Assembly: GCA_051294905.1 (NCBI GenBank)
Contig: CM119378.1
Location: forward strand, 2,110,001-2,174,000
Source of the DNA: Botryllus schlosseri
Lineage: Eukaryota
Length of the DNA stretch: 64,000 bases
Direction: 5' to 3'
Position 1 is the stretch's first letter, and the number at the start of each line of letters is the position of its first letter. The notes below the pieces were generated by a model. The model saw only the letters and a list, made by a program, of their open reading frames with translations. It did not search any database and was not told where the DNA came from. The position numbers and the translations under genes were made by a program. Positions 1 through 12,170 of this stretch are shown piece after piece.

Positions 1-684
1 TTAATTTGTGCCTCAAACAGAAGTGGTCAGTATAATGCAGTACTTCTACTTGGAAGTAATCATCTAATTTTCCTCTACTGGCAGTATTTACTCAAGTAAA
101 TCTAAGTTTTCGCTATATACAGTTTGTCATGTAGAAGTGTAATGTTTATCCAATAATATGAGAGATAGGTCAAGATCAGACCTGGGCAAAGTGCGGCCCG
201 CGAAATGTTGCTTTGCATTTTTAACAATAAACCTGCATTTTATAATGTTGATGCGTGGACTAAAACCATAGGCTGTATCAACTAAACAGGAAATTCGTCG
301 ACTTTCAAGCCTGTTCATTAATATGCCACGATAAAGCTGCCTACGTACCTTGGGTGCGTAATCCAGATTTTTAAAAAACACAGGCTTTGTGGCAAAGTAT
401 GAGTAACAATTAAATTCACAAGAAATCACTCTTTCCATTAGTTTGACTAAAACCTTTGTTGCCATTGTCACATTTCGCATTATACGGTAGGCCTGCGTGT
501 TTCAAATTGTAACGTGAGGCGTTTCCAAATCCCTAATTCGTAAAACAATTCAATCAGTGCTCGCGATTACCACATGACTGAGCTTATCTATCACCCATTA
601 AGGATGAACGGGCATGCCCAAATGAGAAAGCTGAATTTGAAAGAAGGTTCAGGGCACTAAATAATTGTATACTGGAGTCAGGGG

Positions 685-3058
685 CAGTGGCGGCTCGTGA
701 CAATATCGGGTGGTGGGGCAAGGGCTGCGAGCGACTTTTATCAGCATTACGTCACAATGGCGTTTTCCAACGTAAAAAAGTAACTTTATGATGGTCACAT
801 GAATTTCGCGACAACAGTGATTTTAACGTAGGTGCCGCGAGAGGTTTGCCGGTGAGCCGTGACTTGAAGTGTGGTAACAAATGTTTTATTCATACCAAAG
901 GATTAATTTACAAAATATACGTCCCTATGCCACGAATCAATTATCAGGTCATCTTTAGTAGCATGCGTTATGATTTCATGGTAGAGTTACAGATCACGCA
1001 AATCGATAGGCCCTAATTTTTCTAAGCCCGTCCGAAAGTGTTTCGTACACGATCCTGGTGTGTTACGACCACTGAGCTGGTGGTTACGGCCAGGTGATAG
1101 GCAAACAAAGCGGAGGCACCCGGCGTACGATTGGATCAATGGACTGGACAACTTCTAAACCTCTAATTCTAGCTCTAAAGGCAACTGCGTAAACTACGTA
1201 CGGAGCAAAGATTCAATACGATTCATGTTCGCACTTGACTTGACCTGACTAATTCCAATGACTAGAACTAGAACTCGAGAGATTGCGTAAGCCTAACTGG
1301 AAAGGTCAACGAGTTCGGACACATACACAATTGTTATCTCATAGATTGGGCCTGTCATATTCAATCCAAAACATCATTCTGAAGAACTACGGATAGCAGC
1401 CTCGGAACTTCGGTATCGGAACAACATGGACATTTTGGCCTTGAAACTGGAGACTGTGACACAACACACGGCTTACTGTCTATAAGTCTGCTGCGAAATC
1501 GCCGTTGGAAAATATATAATCAATAAATACATAAATAAAAGCCGTAAACTTAGTATAAGCTGTTACAAGAAATCATCGAGAAGTAGCACACGTACTCTCA
1601 TAACCCATTCCGGTATGGTACAATGTCAAAATCAACACAAACAGACGAACACCGAACTTTGAGTAAAATAGATCGAGGAATAGGCTGATCGAATGATCAG
1701 CTGTTAGCCGACATCGAAAATGAAATAGCTATCGCATTTGACAGGGGGATTGGTTTGAAGGCCACAATTTCACAGTGAAATGGACATTGGCGAACATAAA
1801 ATTATGTGAATATTTGAATGCAAACCGAGAATCTTGAGAGAGAGAGAGAGTCTTTATTTTCATCGAACCAAAATACATAACAAACGGCAGTGATGGTAAC
1901 CGAGAATCTTGGTTAGCTGTTTCATGCGATCATCGAGATATAGCATTGGAAATATCATCACCGATCTCGTTATGGAACATAGACCATAGATTAGCACAGA
2001 CCGACACCGGCTTTTGCGTGAGATCCGCAATGACGTAGGTAGGCTAAGTATCAGATCAGCGCGCATCTCTACCATACTCGACCTCGAAAACGAAATAACT
2101 GCCTCAATCATTGAGTGTCAACTTTAAGACTTGGCACCGCGTTCGATACTAAAATCAAGACATACCGTGCAAAAGCTCATGACAGATCTAGGTATGGAAC
2201 ATCGTTAAAATCAATAGAGACCAATAACGGCTTTTGCGTAAATTTGTTAGCGATAAATGAAGAGTCAGCTCTTACTCGACTTTGGAAACGAAATTACCAC
2301 CCACATAGTTCAGTGACAAACTTGAAACTTGTTACAGCGGTCGATACTAACACTTACCGTGCCAAATGTCATGACCGATCTCGGTATAGAACATCGTCAA
2401 AATCAATGGAGACCAATACCGGCTTTTGAGTAAAATCTGTTTGCTGTACTATGTACATATTGTACATGATAGATCAGCACACACTGAACTTCGGAAACGG
2501 AATTACTACCCTTATCTTCAAGTAGCAAGCCTGAAACTTGGAGCAGTGTTAAATACTACCTTCACGACATATCATACCAAGTTTCAAGAATTATCATGGT
2601 GCGAAACACCGTCAAAATCGACCTATACCAGCAAAGGTCGACTCAACGCATATTACGGTAACCGAGTTCAGATATAGATACGATTGTTACATCACACCTT
2701 AGGGGCGACTAGGCATATTTGCCCCGGTTGCTCGGCCATTTTACGAATAGGAGAGAGTAAATCACCGTTTCTTTATTGTGCGCGGCTTTGAGAGAATAGA
2801 TAGTGAAAGCTTGTTATGAGCGCTACCGGGGCAAGCCCCGGCTAGGCATTCACAAAGCGAAAACACAGAAGAGAATTCGATTTTCGCAGAGACTTCGCTA
2901 TGTATGGGCATTTGCAAGCGAAAGCACAAGAAGAACGCGGGTTTCGCTGTGATCTCGGTCCTATTGATTGCTGTGCGTCTATAAATGGTTAAATTGTTAT
3001 TGAACAGAATTTTAGGTGGGGCAATGCCCCAGTTGCCCTATAGGACGAGCCGCCACTG
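685..3058. mobile_element. Non-autonomous hAT-like DNA transposon, copy 1 (2.37 kb)
   Basis: 14-bp TIRs CAGTGGCGGCTCGT...ACGAGCCGCCACTG; perfect 8-bp TSD GTCAGGGG (677-684, 3059-3066); near-identical inverted copy at 23409-25784; no transposase ORF recognised. Confidence 0.93.
1837..1897 (-). mobile_element. 61-bp 5'-truncated LINE 3' tail nested in hAT copy 1
   Basis: 14-bp TSD AACCGAGAATCTTG (1823-1836, 1898-1911); AATAAA plus (CT)n tail on the minus strand; matches ~59339-59398; absent from hAT copy 2. Confidence 0.85.
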
Positions 3059-3879
3059 GTCAGGGGTAACCCCGTCTTTTTAGTTTTTGCTGAGTATGTT
3101 GCCGAGATTAAGGATTTTAATTATGACAAAAACACTTGGTCAAGGGATGGCGAATTAAAAAAAGAACACGCTAACTTCGCTCAACATCAAGGCTATTTGA
3201 TTTGTACTCTGCTAGGAATGCAGCGACCAAGACAAGCTTTGTACCATCCCGTATACATTTCAGTGTAGTGGCTGTCGAAATTGAGGGTGCGGGAAAGCAT
3301 CTGAAGGGGGGCGCGAAACCCAAGAAAATGAAAAAAATTGGGCGCTCCGCGCGAATTCCTCCGGCTTATACTATAACTTTTGCTCTGTGTGTTGTCAGAC
3401 TTTGAGATTACGGAATTCTCTCATCAACAACCACCTTTAATGCCATCAAACTATCCGTTGGGATTGCTAGCATTATGGTTGCTCTTTTTAATATTTTGTG
3501 ATATCATGTGGGGGGGCGTGAAATTTGTGACTATCGTAAAGGGAGGCGTGCCTAAAATGTTTGAGAATCACTGTTTTAGAATCTTAATAGAAAAGCGTGG
3601 ATAGGGGTTTGAAAAGAGTTAAAAATGTATTATTGTTTCGAATCATGACGGCAATCAGACCGCCACATTCACTGAGCAGCAATGTAATTTAGAAATAAAA
3701 TAAAATACGTCGTTGAATATATCTAAAAATGCTCACTCGGCCCGCCAGCGTATTTTCTACTTCTCATTAGGCCCGCGGAGGAAAATAATTGCCCACCCCT
3801 GGTGTATACTATTCACACCCGCATACCTGGGGTGGTACACGGGTGAAAATAGCCTACACACTATTTTCGCTATTATGAG

Positions 3880-4277
3880 TAGAGCCCGACCGATTATCGG
3901 TTCGCCGATAATATCGAGTCGATATCACACTTTGAAAGAATTATCGGTATCGGCCATTGGAGGTGAAAAAAATATCGGCTATTTTCGTGACGTCACAAGA
4001 AGGTGGTAGGAAGTTTGAAAGCTACAATCCTTGACCGCTAGACTGGAAATATTGCTGTATTTCATATAGCTTACACTTTCAAAGTGTCCAGATGAAGCAT
4101 TTTTAGTTTATTTCATGTTCGAGTATGACAAAGGCTGTAAAGCTGTTGATATAAATGCTCTGCAGTTTCTAAAATGCGCCTTTTGAGGTAGATTCTACCT
4201 TATTTGAATATCGGTGTTATCGGTGAAGGTGTTAGATATCGGTATCGGCCCAAAAATCCAATATCGGTCGGGCTCTA
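3880..4277. mobile_element. hAT-type MITE
   Basis: TIR TAGAGCCCGACCGAT...ATCGGTCGGGCTCTA; perfect 8-bp TSD ATTATGAG. Confidence 0.85.
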
Positions 4278-4395
4278 ATTATGAGTGCATTTATTTCCAC
4301 AGAATTAGGCTACTATAGCCACGCAATTGCTGTCACGATTTCTTCACTGCTGCACTATATATATCACTGGTTTTGAGCATCTTGGCGGTTGTATA

Positions 4396-4752
4396 TAGGG
4401 TTGCATTTGAAACAAAAATCAATTTAAAACAATCATGTTTTTTATTTAAAGCCGACGTCACGAATATCAATTATGACGTCATCGTGGATTGACATTGACA
4501 ATTGAAAATATAGGGTAAATATAGCTCCTTTGACGAAATACCTGTATACGCTACTAGTAATGTTTAACCGACTATTGTTAGGGTTCCAAGTCCAACCCTC
4601 GAATATCGATATACGTCGGTAATATCGGGTGGTAATTTTCCGTAGGCTCATACAACATGTTTTTTGGAAAGTATTTACACAATTTTAGAACTTAAAATAA
4701 TTTTTTTTAAAGGCCTTTGTTTAAAACGCCGTTTGTTTTGAATGCAACCCTA
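4396..4752. mobile_element. hAT-type MITE
   Basis: TIR TAGGGTTGCATT...AATGCAACCCTA; TSD GTTGTATA/GTTTTATA (1 mismatch). Confidence 0.75.
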
Positions 4753-4989
4753 GTTTTATATCATTTCATTGATATTTCATGTGAGCAATTTCACGATCTC
4801 GCTAAAGTATTCATGGGCTGAATCCGAAAATTTATTTGATTTGTTGTTTTTGTGTTTGTTCTTGTAACTTTTGCTTTGCTAGCAAGGAAACATAAAATAT
4901 CATCAAACTCAAACGTACCAATTCTTCTCCCATTTTACTCGCCAGCAAAAAATATCCTATTTTGGGTGCAGAAAATATGGTAATCTTAT

Positions 4990-5191
4990 TATATGATTTC
5001 TTTTCTGCCCACTTGCAGGACGGCCCACTTCTAGGCTTTTTCGGACACCGCTTACACGGGTCCACTGGCGAGGAGGAAGCTAAGTAAACCTGCAACATTT
5101 GGGAAGGAATTCTGGAGTCGACCTCGGTCTGAGCCGAACCAGCAACCTATTGTGTTGCAACTGTAGATATTACCACTACGCTATCCCGCCC
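4990..5191 (-). mobile_element. tRNA-derived SINE (diverged)
   Basis: Minus strand begins GGCGGGATAGCGTAGTGG (A-box-like) ... GGTTCGGCTC (B-box-like), then a degenerate shared core; ends approximate. Confidence 0.55.
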
Positions 5192-5974
5192 CATGTGGTA
5201 GGAAGGTAGGTGCTACATCGGATGATTGGGCCTCTATGACATCCAATCTTCCCTCTAAGCTGCGCACGTGCGCAAATGCGCAGTGCTGAAACGGTCTCTG
5301 CGCACAGAAAATCTACGTTGCGCACAAAAAATTAGAAATGATGTTTTTTTTTATAGTTGTTGCGCACTGTTGTCCAATGGACCACACAGGCGCGCAGATT
5401 CGTGAAAATTAAGATTGAACATTGCCAGGGCCAAATAGTGTTATCACTGAAGTCTGAAACCGAGGTACAAGTGCGCCCCGCAAAGGTAACTATTGCGCTC
5501 GCGGTGAGGAAATTAGAGTTCACAATGACCTGCGCCTCACGGAAGATATCTTTTTAGTATGGCCTCGTACACGTGAGCGATACTGATATTATTTCAATAG
5601 CGAAATATTTTCTGGGAATGGCGAAATAACCTGGTTTAACAAAGTTATAAATAACAATGGGCTAGCTCGAAGTTAATCTGCGAGAAACTAACGCATGATA
5701 TAGTCTTCTTCGCGTAGCATGAATATTGCGCAAGATTTACTCAGGACCGTAACTTTCACACCCCAAACCCCCCAATTGGAGGGGCCGAGCTCGAAAGGGG
5801 TCCAAAATTATTTCGAGATTTAACATAAATCATGGTGTATTTTTTGAAATTTTTCAGGAATTTTCAGGCCGTAGTTTGCCCACCCCTGTTCTACACATAT
5901 TTAAATTAGCGTGTGTTGGCGGCCGTCATTATGCAACCAATTGTTGCTGGTTCTAGTCTCGGCTCTGTCATGTT

Positions 5975-6180
5975 TCTATGTGTCGTAGGTTTATCTAGGC
6001 TCCTCGTCGCCGACCCTGTTAACGTAGCGCCTTGAAAAGCCCAGAAGAAGAGTTAACCGAGCTTCAAAGTCAACAGCAGAGTCCTGAAAGTGGACGCACG
6101 TTAGCGTGAGAGAATGAAGAATGGGAGTGCGCGTGCAAGCGAAAGTCGTCCTCATTACCCAAAGCAAAAATACTAAACTT
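5975..6180 (+). mobile_element. SINE fragment (core and tail)
   Basis: GTAGGTTTATCTAGGCTCCTCGTCGCCGAC core, homologous to 27495-27740 and ~7800; ends approximate. Confidence 0.6.
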
Positions 6181-7599
6181 TAGGAAATGCACTGTCGTGG
6201 CGCACAAATTCTAAACAGGCGATTATCACCACTGTCATTGATGTGTAAAAAAAATATTATTAATAACAATACAAACAATCCTGGTGGGAGGCCAAGAAAT
6301 AACAACATGCAACTATAAGTGATTAATAAGAACCGCAAGATGCATCATCATTAATACTGTACCCAATATTTTCGAAAACACCCTCCATTAGCTCTACGGG
6401 TTAATCTGATCACGTGAGCTGAGAATGAATAAATTTTTGATAATAATATGTCAAACTACCAACATTTTCGATGAAATCCATTCAAGGGGCAAAATTTTCG
6501 CGCTCGGCGCGACTACACACATAATTCTAGTCATCTAGTGTCTTTTCTTGACATTTATACTCGCGATATTGGTACATAAATTATATATTGTAAGCCTGTT
6601 GGGATGTTTTGCTTCTACAATAAGAAAATTTGCGCATTTCATATCTCAAGAAATAAGTAAAGGCACAGAACACCACAAGGGCTGTCCGCGGTGTTAAGTT
6701 CCCAGTATCAAATTTCATATGAGCATTTGTCGTCCATGCGCCATGGCGACTCTCCGCTGGAATCCGGACGTATTGTATATGTAATCAAAATGCGGCTTTC
6801 GGCGTTATCGGTATATTATACAGTCAGGGGTGTACGAGTTTTGAGAAAATGTTAAAAGGGTGTACCACGACGAAAAAGGTTGAAGAGCACTGGCCTATAC
6901 GATATCATCAAAGCAATTAATGTCTGGTTTGTTTTAAATAAGCATATCTATTATCTCCTTGTCCTCGCTATATAGCCTAGGCCTAATCAAATACCAATAA
7001 TGCGTTTTGGATTATAATCCCAATTTTATATAGTGCGGCCCACGAATGGATTCAGATGTTGAATGCGGCCCGCGAGCTCAAAAGTTTGCCCACCCCTGGC
7101 ATAGAGTAAAGTGCGTTCTAGTGCAACTATGATGTTATCGACAATTGACAAGTATTTATTATGACGTCACAAGCCGGCACGGCTGCACCTATATGTCTTC
7201 GTTGCTGCATCCTATGTTACTGACCGCTGACAGACTCTAGATTACTATAGATAACTAACCTATGGGTAGATTAGTAATCTATATAGACCAGGGATGGCCA
7301 ACCTTTTCGGCTAAAGGGACACATGCAATTGACGAACGAGTGCGCGGTCCACTTGCCGCGCCAAGCGGGTAAAATTTTTCAAAGTTTATAAATGAACTAG
7401 GTCAATAATATTATTACTTGAGTATATTGCGGGTCTGCTGTATACCGCCCGCTGGGCGCAGTTTGCGAGGACACGACTATTCGGCGTCTGGACACAACGA
7501 TATCGAATGTTTCCGGTAATATGCGACAGTCATTTTGTGCTTACATTTCATCGTCGACGATCTTGAGAAAGCTCCGGAGCTGGAGCAGTTAAAATTTAC

Positions 7600-7912
7600 G
7601 GCTGCTCCAAAGCCCTGTTCACGACAATGGATCAATGGCAATTTCAACAGTTCAATGCATTTTTCCACAGCGGTTTTTCTGTTTTTGCACTTCCTCTTCC
7701 ACGAATCAGTCATTCATCGGATCTTTACTGCGGCTATCAAGCTCGGTGTACTTTCTGGTCTTTTTAAGTCACTGCAATCGCAGTGATGTCGGCGATGAGG
7801 AGCCCAGATAAACCTCCAACACATGACAACTTGGTAGTGCTGAGACTCGAACCAACACACCAATAGCCATTGGTGTCGTGACGGCGTCGCTTAGCACACC
7901 GCGCCACTCGCT
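7600..7912 (-). mobile_element. tRNA-derived SINE
   Basis: Minus strand GCGAGTGGCGCGGTG...GGTTCGAGTCTC followed by core GGAGGTTTATCTGGGCTCCTCATCGCCGAC; 3' end approximate. Confidence 0.65.
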
Positions 7913-9928
7913 TCACGATGCAGTGATCTTGAGTCAGATTTACAAATAGATATAGCCTACCCAAAATGTTGGCTGATTCAGTCAGCGACTTGTTTCTTAT
8001 TACATTAGAACTCTTCGCATGCAGGCTACGCAAGAGGTTGCTATACATATACACAATTACAGGGATATGTATAGATGGAAAATACATAGATATATCTGTA
8101 TGGGAATTTATTTTCTTCGCACGACATGTCGGCCGTCGCAACTACTAGAGTCATGCTACGCAGTCGGTTTGCGAAGTCGATAGCGCATTGTATAACTGCG
8201 CTGGAATTGTCAAATAACAGTAGGAGAGGCAAATCCATCTGTGCCTCACCTGGTCATACTTTCTCTGCGCTGCCGCTGTGCGTATCATTGTCGACTTCAC
8301 GCTCCTTGGTGATTATGAGGTTCTGACGTTATTCATATTTAGATTGTCGGAATCAGTGCGACAATATCATTTGATTAATACCAATTAATAATTTGATTTT
8401 AATACAAATTCTGATATGTTTATGATGAATTTGCGATATCACCGACAAGGCTTGGCATAGGCTATATGTGCCTCACCTCTCCTTCACGTTATATCTTGGA
8501 ACAATAAATAGTAAATTTCGTGATTTTATATGTTAAAATGTTTCGAAATTAGTCATGCATGAGGATCGAAGGAAAATACACATAATTATTGGAGTTATAA
8601 CCATTAAAGGTGTCCCAATTTTCTTTTACTGATCCTGACGACAGGTGAGGCACTGCCACCCCAGACCAGACTGTTTGCTACGTTCTGCTGTCGTTGGAAG
8701 GATTAAATTAGTCGCGTATGTAATCATAATCATCCGTCATACTTTCGCACTGTACCAAAATCTAATCGTAGCGTTCAAAATTGCGTGCCGTACCGTGACA
8801 ATTAGTTGAGCAGTGTCGCCGATCCCCGGTATAGGAACATGTGAAGGCTGAAGATCATTTATTAACGGGAAAGCTCAGTCACATAACAAAGAAACTAGAC
8901 GAATGAACGAAGTGACGTGAAATAATGAACGTGAAATGTTTGCATGCGACGGAAAATAACGAATGACACTGCATGACTACAAATAGGGTGCAAGTTTCGA
9001 AAACAGGTGCTGTTGCATCCATACTGAGGCTTTTTTGACCAGTGGTTATAACAATTGTTGTCACAAAGGCGATGAAAACATGCCCGAAATTAGATTATAC
9101 TCTACAAAATACTACTAATAAGTAGATTGCCTTCAAGTTAAGGGGGTCGTTATCCCAAAACATAACGTTAGAAAATGGTGCAAGTGAGAAAAAGCGTCTA
9201 GAATACTTGCCTTGCAAAAGTAGAGGCACTTCGTTACTGATCACCTCTGGAAATATGAAATTAACAAGTAGATCGCGGACGTTTTCAACAAACAGCAGAA
9301 GACTGTCACCTTGACGGAAACGCCAAAGCAATTTCCGGCCTATCACGTAAATTGGTTATGATTGTAATGAGGTGAATTAGTCGTTTTGTCGCGGTGGCAT
9401 CACGTTTGGAAGGTGGGAGAACAGTCGAGGTCCAAGGTGTGATGGAATAGACAGGACCTAGCTGTCGCTCGTTCATCTGGTTCACACAAATGTAAGACAT
9501 GTAACTGCCGGAAAGGTGCACATTGGCCATCATTACTCAAACCGACGGAATCATCACAAGAAATAGAACGGCTGCATCAGATCCCACCTTCAAACAATAT
9601 CACCGACATTCAGAAGGTCGCTTCGCGTCAAGGTGACGCATTGTCCGGTTTGATGAACTAGAAATCCTGATATTTGATGATGGTTATGCGCACCATCTGG
9701 CCAAACACTGAACAAAAAAGTACCATTAAGCCAACTAAATGGTGAATACAAGAATTGTTTACATATTAACTTGCTAATTTCGTCGGAATTGAGTCCCCAT
9801 CGACGCGTGGCCTGCCTCAAATATTCGCGACAACTCACGGAAATTAGGCACGAACTGTAGATATTTTCCTTTTACGGAAATATGGGCATCAATCCAGTCG
9901 TAAGGTGCGTGTTTCCAGTGAATTCGTT

Positions 9929-11038
9929 CTAGCAATTACGCAGATGATGGATGTTCACGTGACGCTCGAGGACATGCTTTAGACTGAACTCCTTCCCACA
10001 AATATCACATTTATGATTACTTTTGCCAGTATGTCCGTACGTATGTCTCTTCAGGCTACTTCCATGATGAAAGGCTTTCCCACAAATATCACATTTATGA
10101 TTTTGTTGCTCAGTATGCATAACGATGTGTTTCTTCAGGCCACTTCTCCAATGAAATGCCATCCCACAAATATCACATTTATGATTTTGTTGGCCAGTAT
10201 GAATAACGATATGGCTCTGCAGGCCACTTCTTTGAAGAAATGCTTTCCCACAAATATCACATTTATGATTTTGTTGGCCAGTATGAATAACGATATGGCT
10301 CTTCAGGCCACTTCTTTGAAGAAATGCTTTCCCGCAAATATCACATTTACGATTTCTTTTGCTACTATGTATATCCATATGATTCTCCAGGTGATCTTTG
10401 TGATGAAAGGCTTTCCCACAAATATCACATTTGTGATTTCTTTTGCCAGTATGTCCGTACGTATGTCTCTTCAGGCTACTTCCATGATGAAAGGCTTTCC
10501 CACAAATATCACATTCGTACTTTCGTTGGCCAGTATGTATATACATATGATCCTTAAGGCGAATTTTGCGATGAAAGGTCTTCCCACAAATATCGCATTC
10601 GTACTTTCGTTGGCCAGTATGTATATACATATGATACTTCAGGCGACTTTTGAGATGAAAGGCCTTCCCACAAATATCACATTCATGATATTTGTGGCCA
10701 GTATGTATATCAATGTGGTTCTTCAGGTGACCTTTGTGGTGAAATGCCACCCCGCAAATATCACATTTATGATTTCTTTGGCCAGTATGTATATCCATAT
10801 GCTTCTTCAGGACATTTTCGTCATGAAAGGCTTTCCCACAAATATCGCATCCCATATTTATTAGGCCAATATGCATATTCACGTGGCCCGCGAGGGCATT
10901 CTTGCCTGTAAATTCTTTACCGCAAATATCACACTTATTCCTGAGGCCAAGATGGATGTCCAGATGGCGCTTGAGACGAACTGCTCGAGAAAAGTATTTC
11001 TCACATATATCGCATTGATGATTCAAGCCAACACTCAT
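9929..11038 (-). CDS. Tandem C2H2 zinc-finger protein (13 fingers); possibly the terminal exon of a longer gene
   Basis: 13 CxxC-x12-HxxxH repeats (CDICGKAF...H...H) with TGQRNHK-type linkers and an 84-bp periodicity. An in-frame TAG at 11078-11080, preceded by a pyrimidine tract, could be a splice acceptor. Confidence 0.9.
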   Translation of the reverse strand: MSVGLNHQCDICEKYFSRAVRLKRHLDIHLGLRNKCDICGKEFTGKNALAGHVNMHIGLINMGCDICGKAFHDENVLKKHMDIHTGQRNHKCDICGVAFHHKGHLKNHIDIHTGHKYHECDICGKAFHLKSRLKYHMYIHTGQRKYECDICGKTFHRKIRLKDHMYIHTGQRKYECDICGKAFHHGSSLKRHTYGHTGKRNHKCDICGKAFHHKDHLENHMDIHSSKRNRKCDICGKAFLQRSGLKSHIVIHTGQQNHKCDICGKAFLQRSGLQSHIVIHTGQQNHKCDICGMAFHWRSGLKKHIVMHTEQQNHKCDICGKAFHHGSSLKRHTYGHTGKSNHKCDICGKEFSLKHVLERHVNIHHLRNC

Positions 11039-11954
11039 AATTATAAGGATATCGTGGTCATGTTTAGAAAACTGAATCTATAAAAGAGGGTCGATTAGGT
11101 TTAGTAATCAATGGTATGATTTATCACACACACATTCGACTTTTGAATGGCAAAGCCCACATATATGCCAGAACCTAGCAGAACGCCGAATATATTCATG
11201 TTGAAGTTGGTTGAATGAAATCCGTTTCAAGAAGTCTTAAGGATATTTGTGTAAACATATATGCCTCACAAACCAACTCAAGACCCGCGTGCAACGAATC
11301 TGTAAGCAAAGTGCCCTACACTGGTCTGGACAAAAGGAATCACACGGCTCACTTCGATCCGGTCGCAACATATTCTCCATCAAGGCAATTGCGGAAATAT
11401 TATGCTAACTTCACATGCGCTATACAACGAAAGCTACAACGGTATTGATTACGACAATACAAATTTATTCAACATCTGGTTGAAATCAGACTCAAATTTT
11501 GCATTGTGACGAACAATGACATCGAGAAAAGCGATGTCTCAACTGAGGATTAACAAGGAGATAGAAAAGAGCTATGCGGTTGGCATCATTCACTCTTCCC
11601 GACTCGAAAAAAAGCATGTAAACAGAGATTGCTCTTCTCGGATTTCCTGACATCCAGCAACCAATTCCTAGCAGTTTGGTGACTATGCGGATTCAAGCGA
11701 TATCGCAGGCCTACATTGCTAGGGCAGTTATCAATTAAGGGACATATTAATTGGTTACCATCGCCGTAGAGCCGGACGATAACTTAGAACATTTGACTAT
11801 AACACCCTTAATAATGTCCAGTCACTATGTCATATGTGAATATTCACCTTAGAAGCATTTTATACACTATACGAATTTAGTAGCTCAAGAGAAAAAGAGC
11901 CAGACAGCATTGTTGCGTCCCAATGCCAACCTCCATAACCATGAAAAATTCGAG

Positions 11955-12170
11955 GCTGATTGTGGGGGTTCCAGGGCCGCGAGCGGAATAAAATTTATAT
12001 TTTCGTAATCAGTGCAGAGTCAGCTTTCGATTGATACCCGCTTCACCAAATTTAATGCTCGTCAAATGACCGTCAAATTGCCTGTAGCCAAATGGAAATT
12101 GTGACGTGATACAAGTTCACTGAGCCGTGAGATTTACTTGTGTCGTCACCATATAGGACACTATACTATC
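11955..12170. repeat. Dispersed repeat, also at ~29290-29515
   Basis: Shared GGCTGATTGT.GGGGTTCCAGGGCC..GAGCGGAATAA...CAGCTTTCGATTGATACCC...CACCATATAGGACACTAT. Confidence 0.75.

Noticed and set aside
1860..2677. ORFs duplicated at 24030-24614
   Set aside because: They lie inside a non-autonomous transposon, have no recognisable domain, and are shared only because the element is duplicated
10013..10864. 283-aa plus-strand repetitive ORF
   Set aside because: Antisense shadow of the 84-bp zinc-finger repeats
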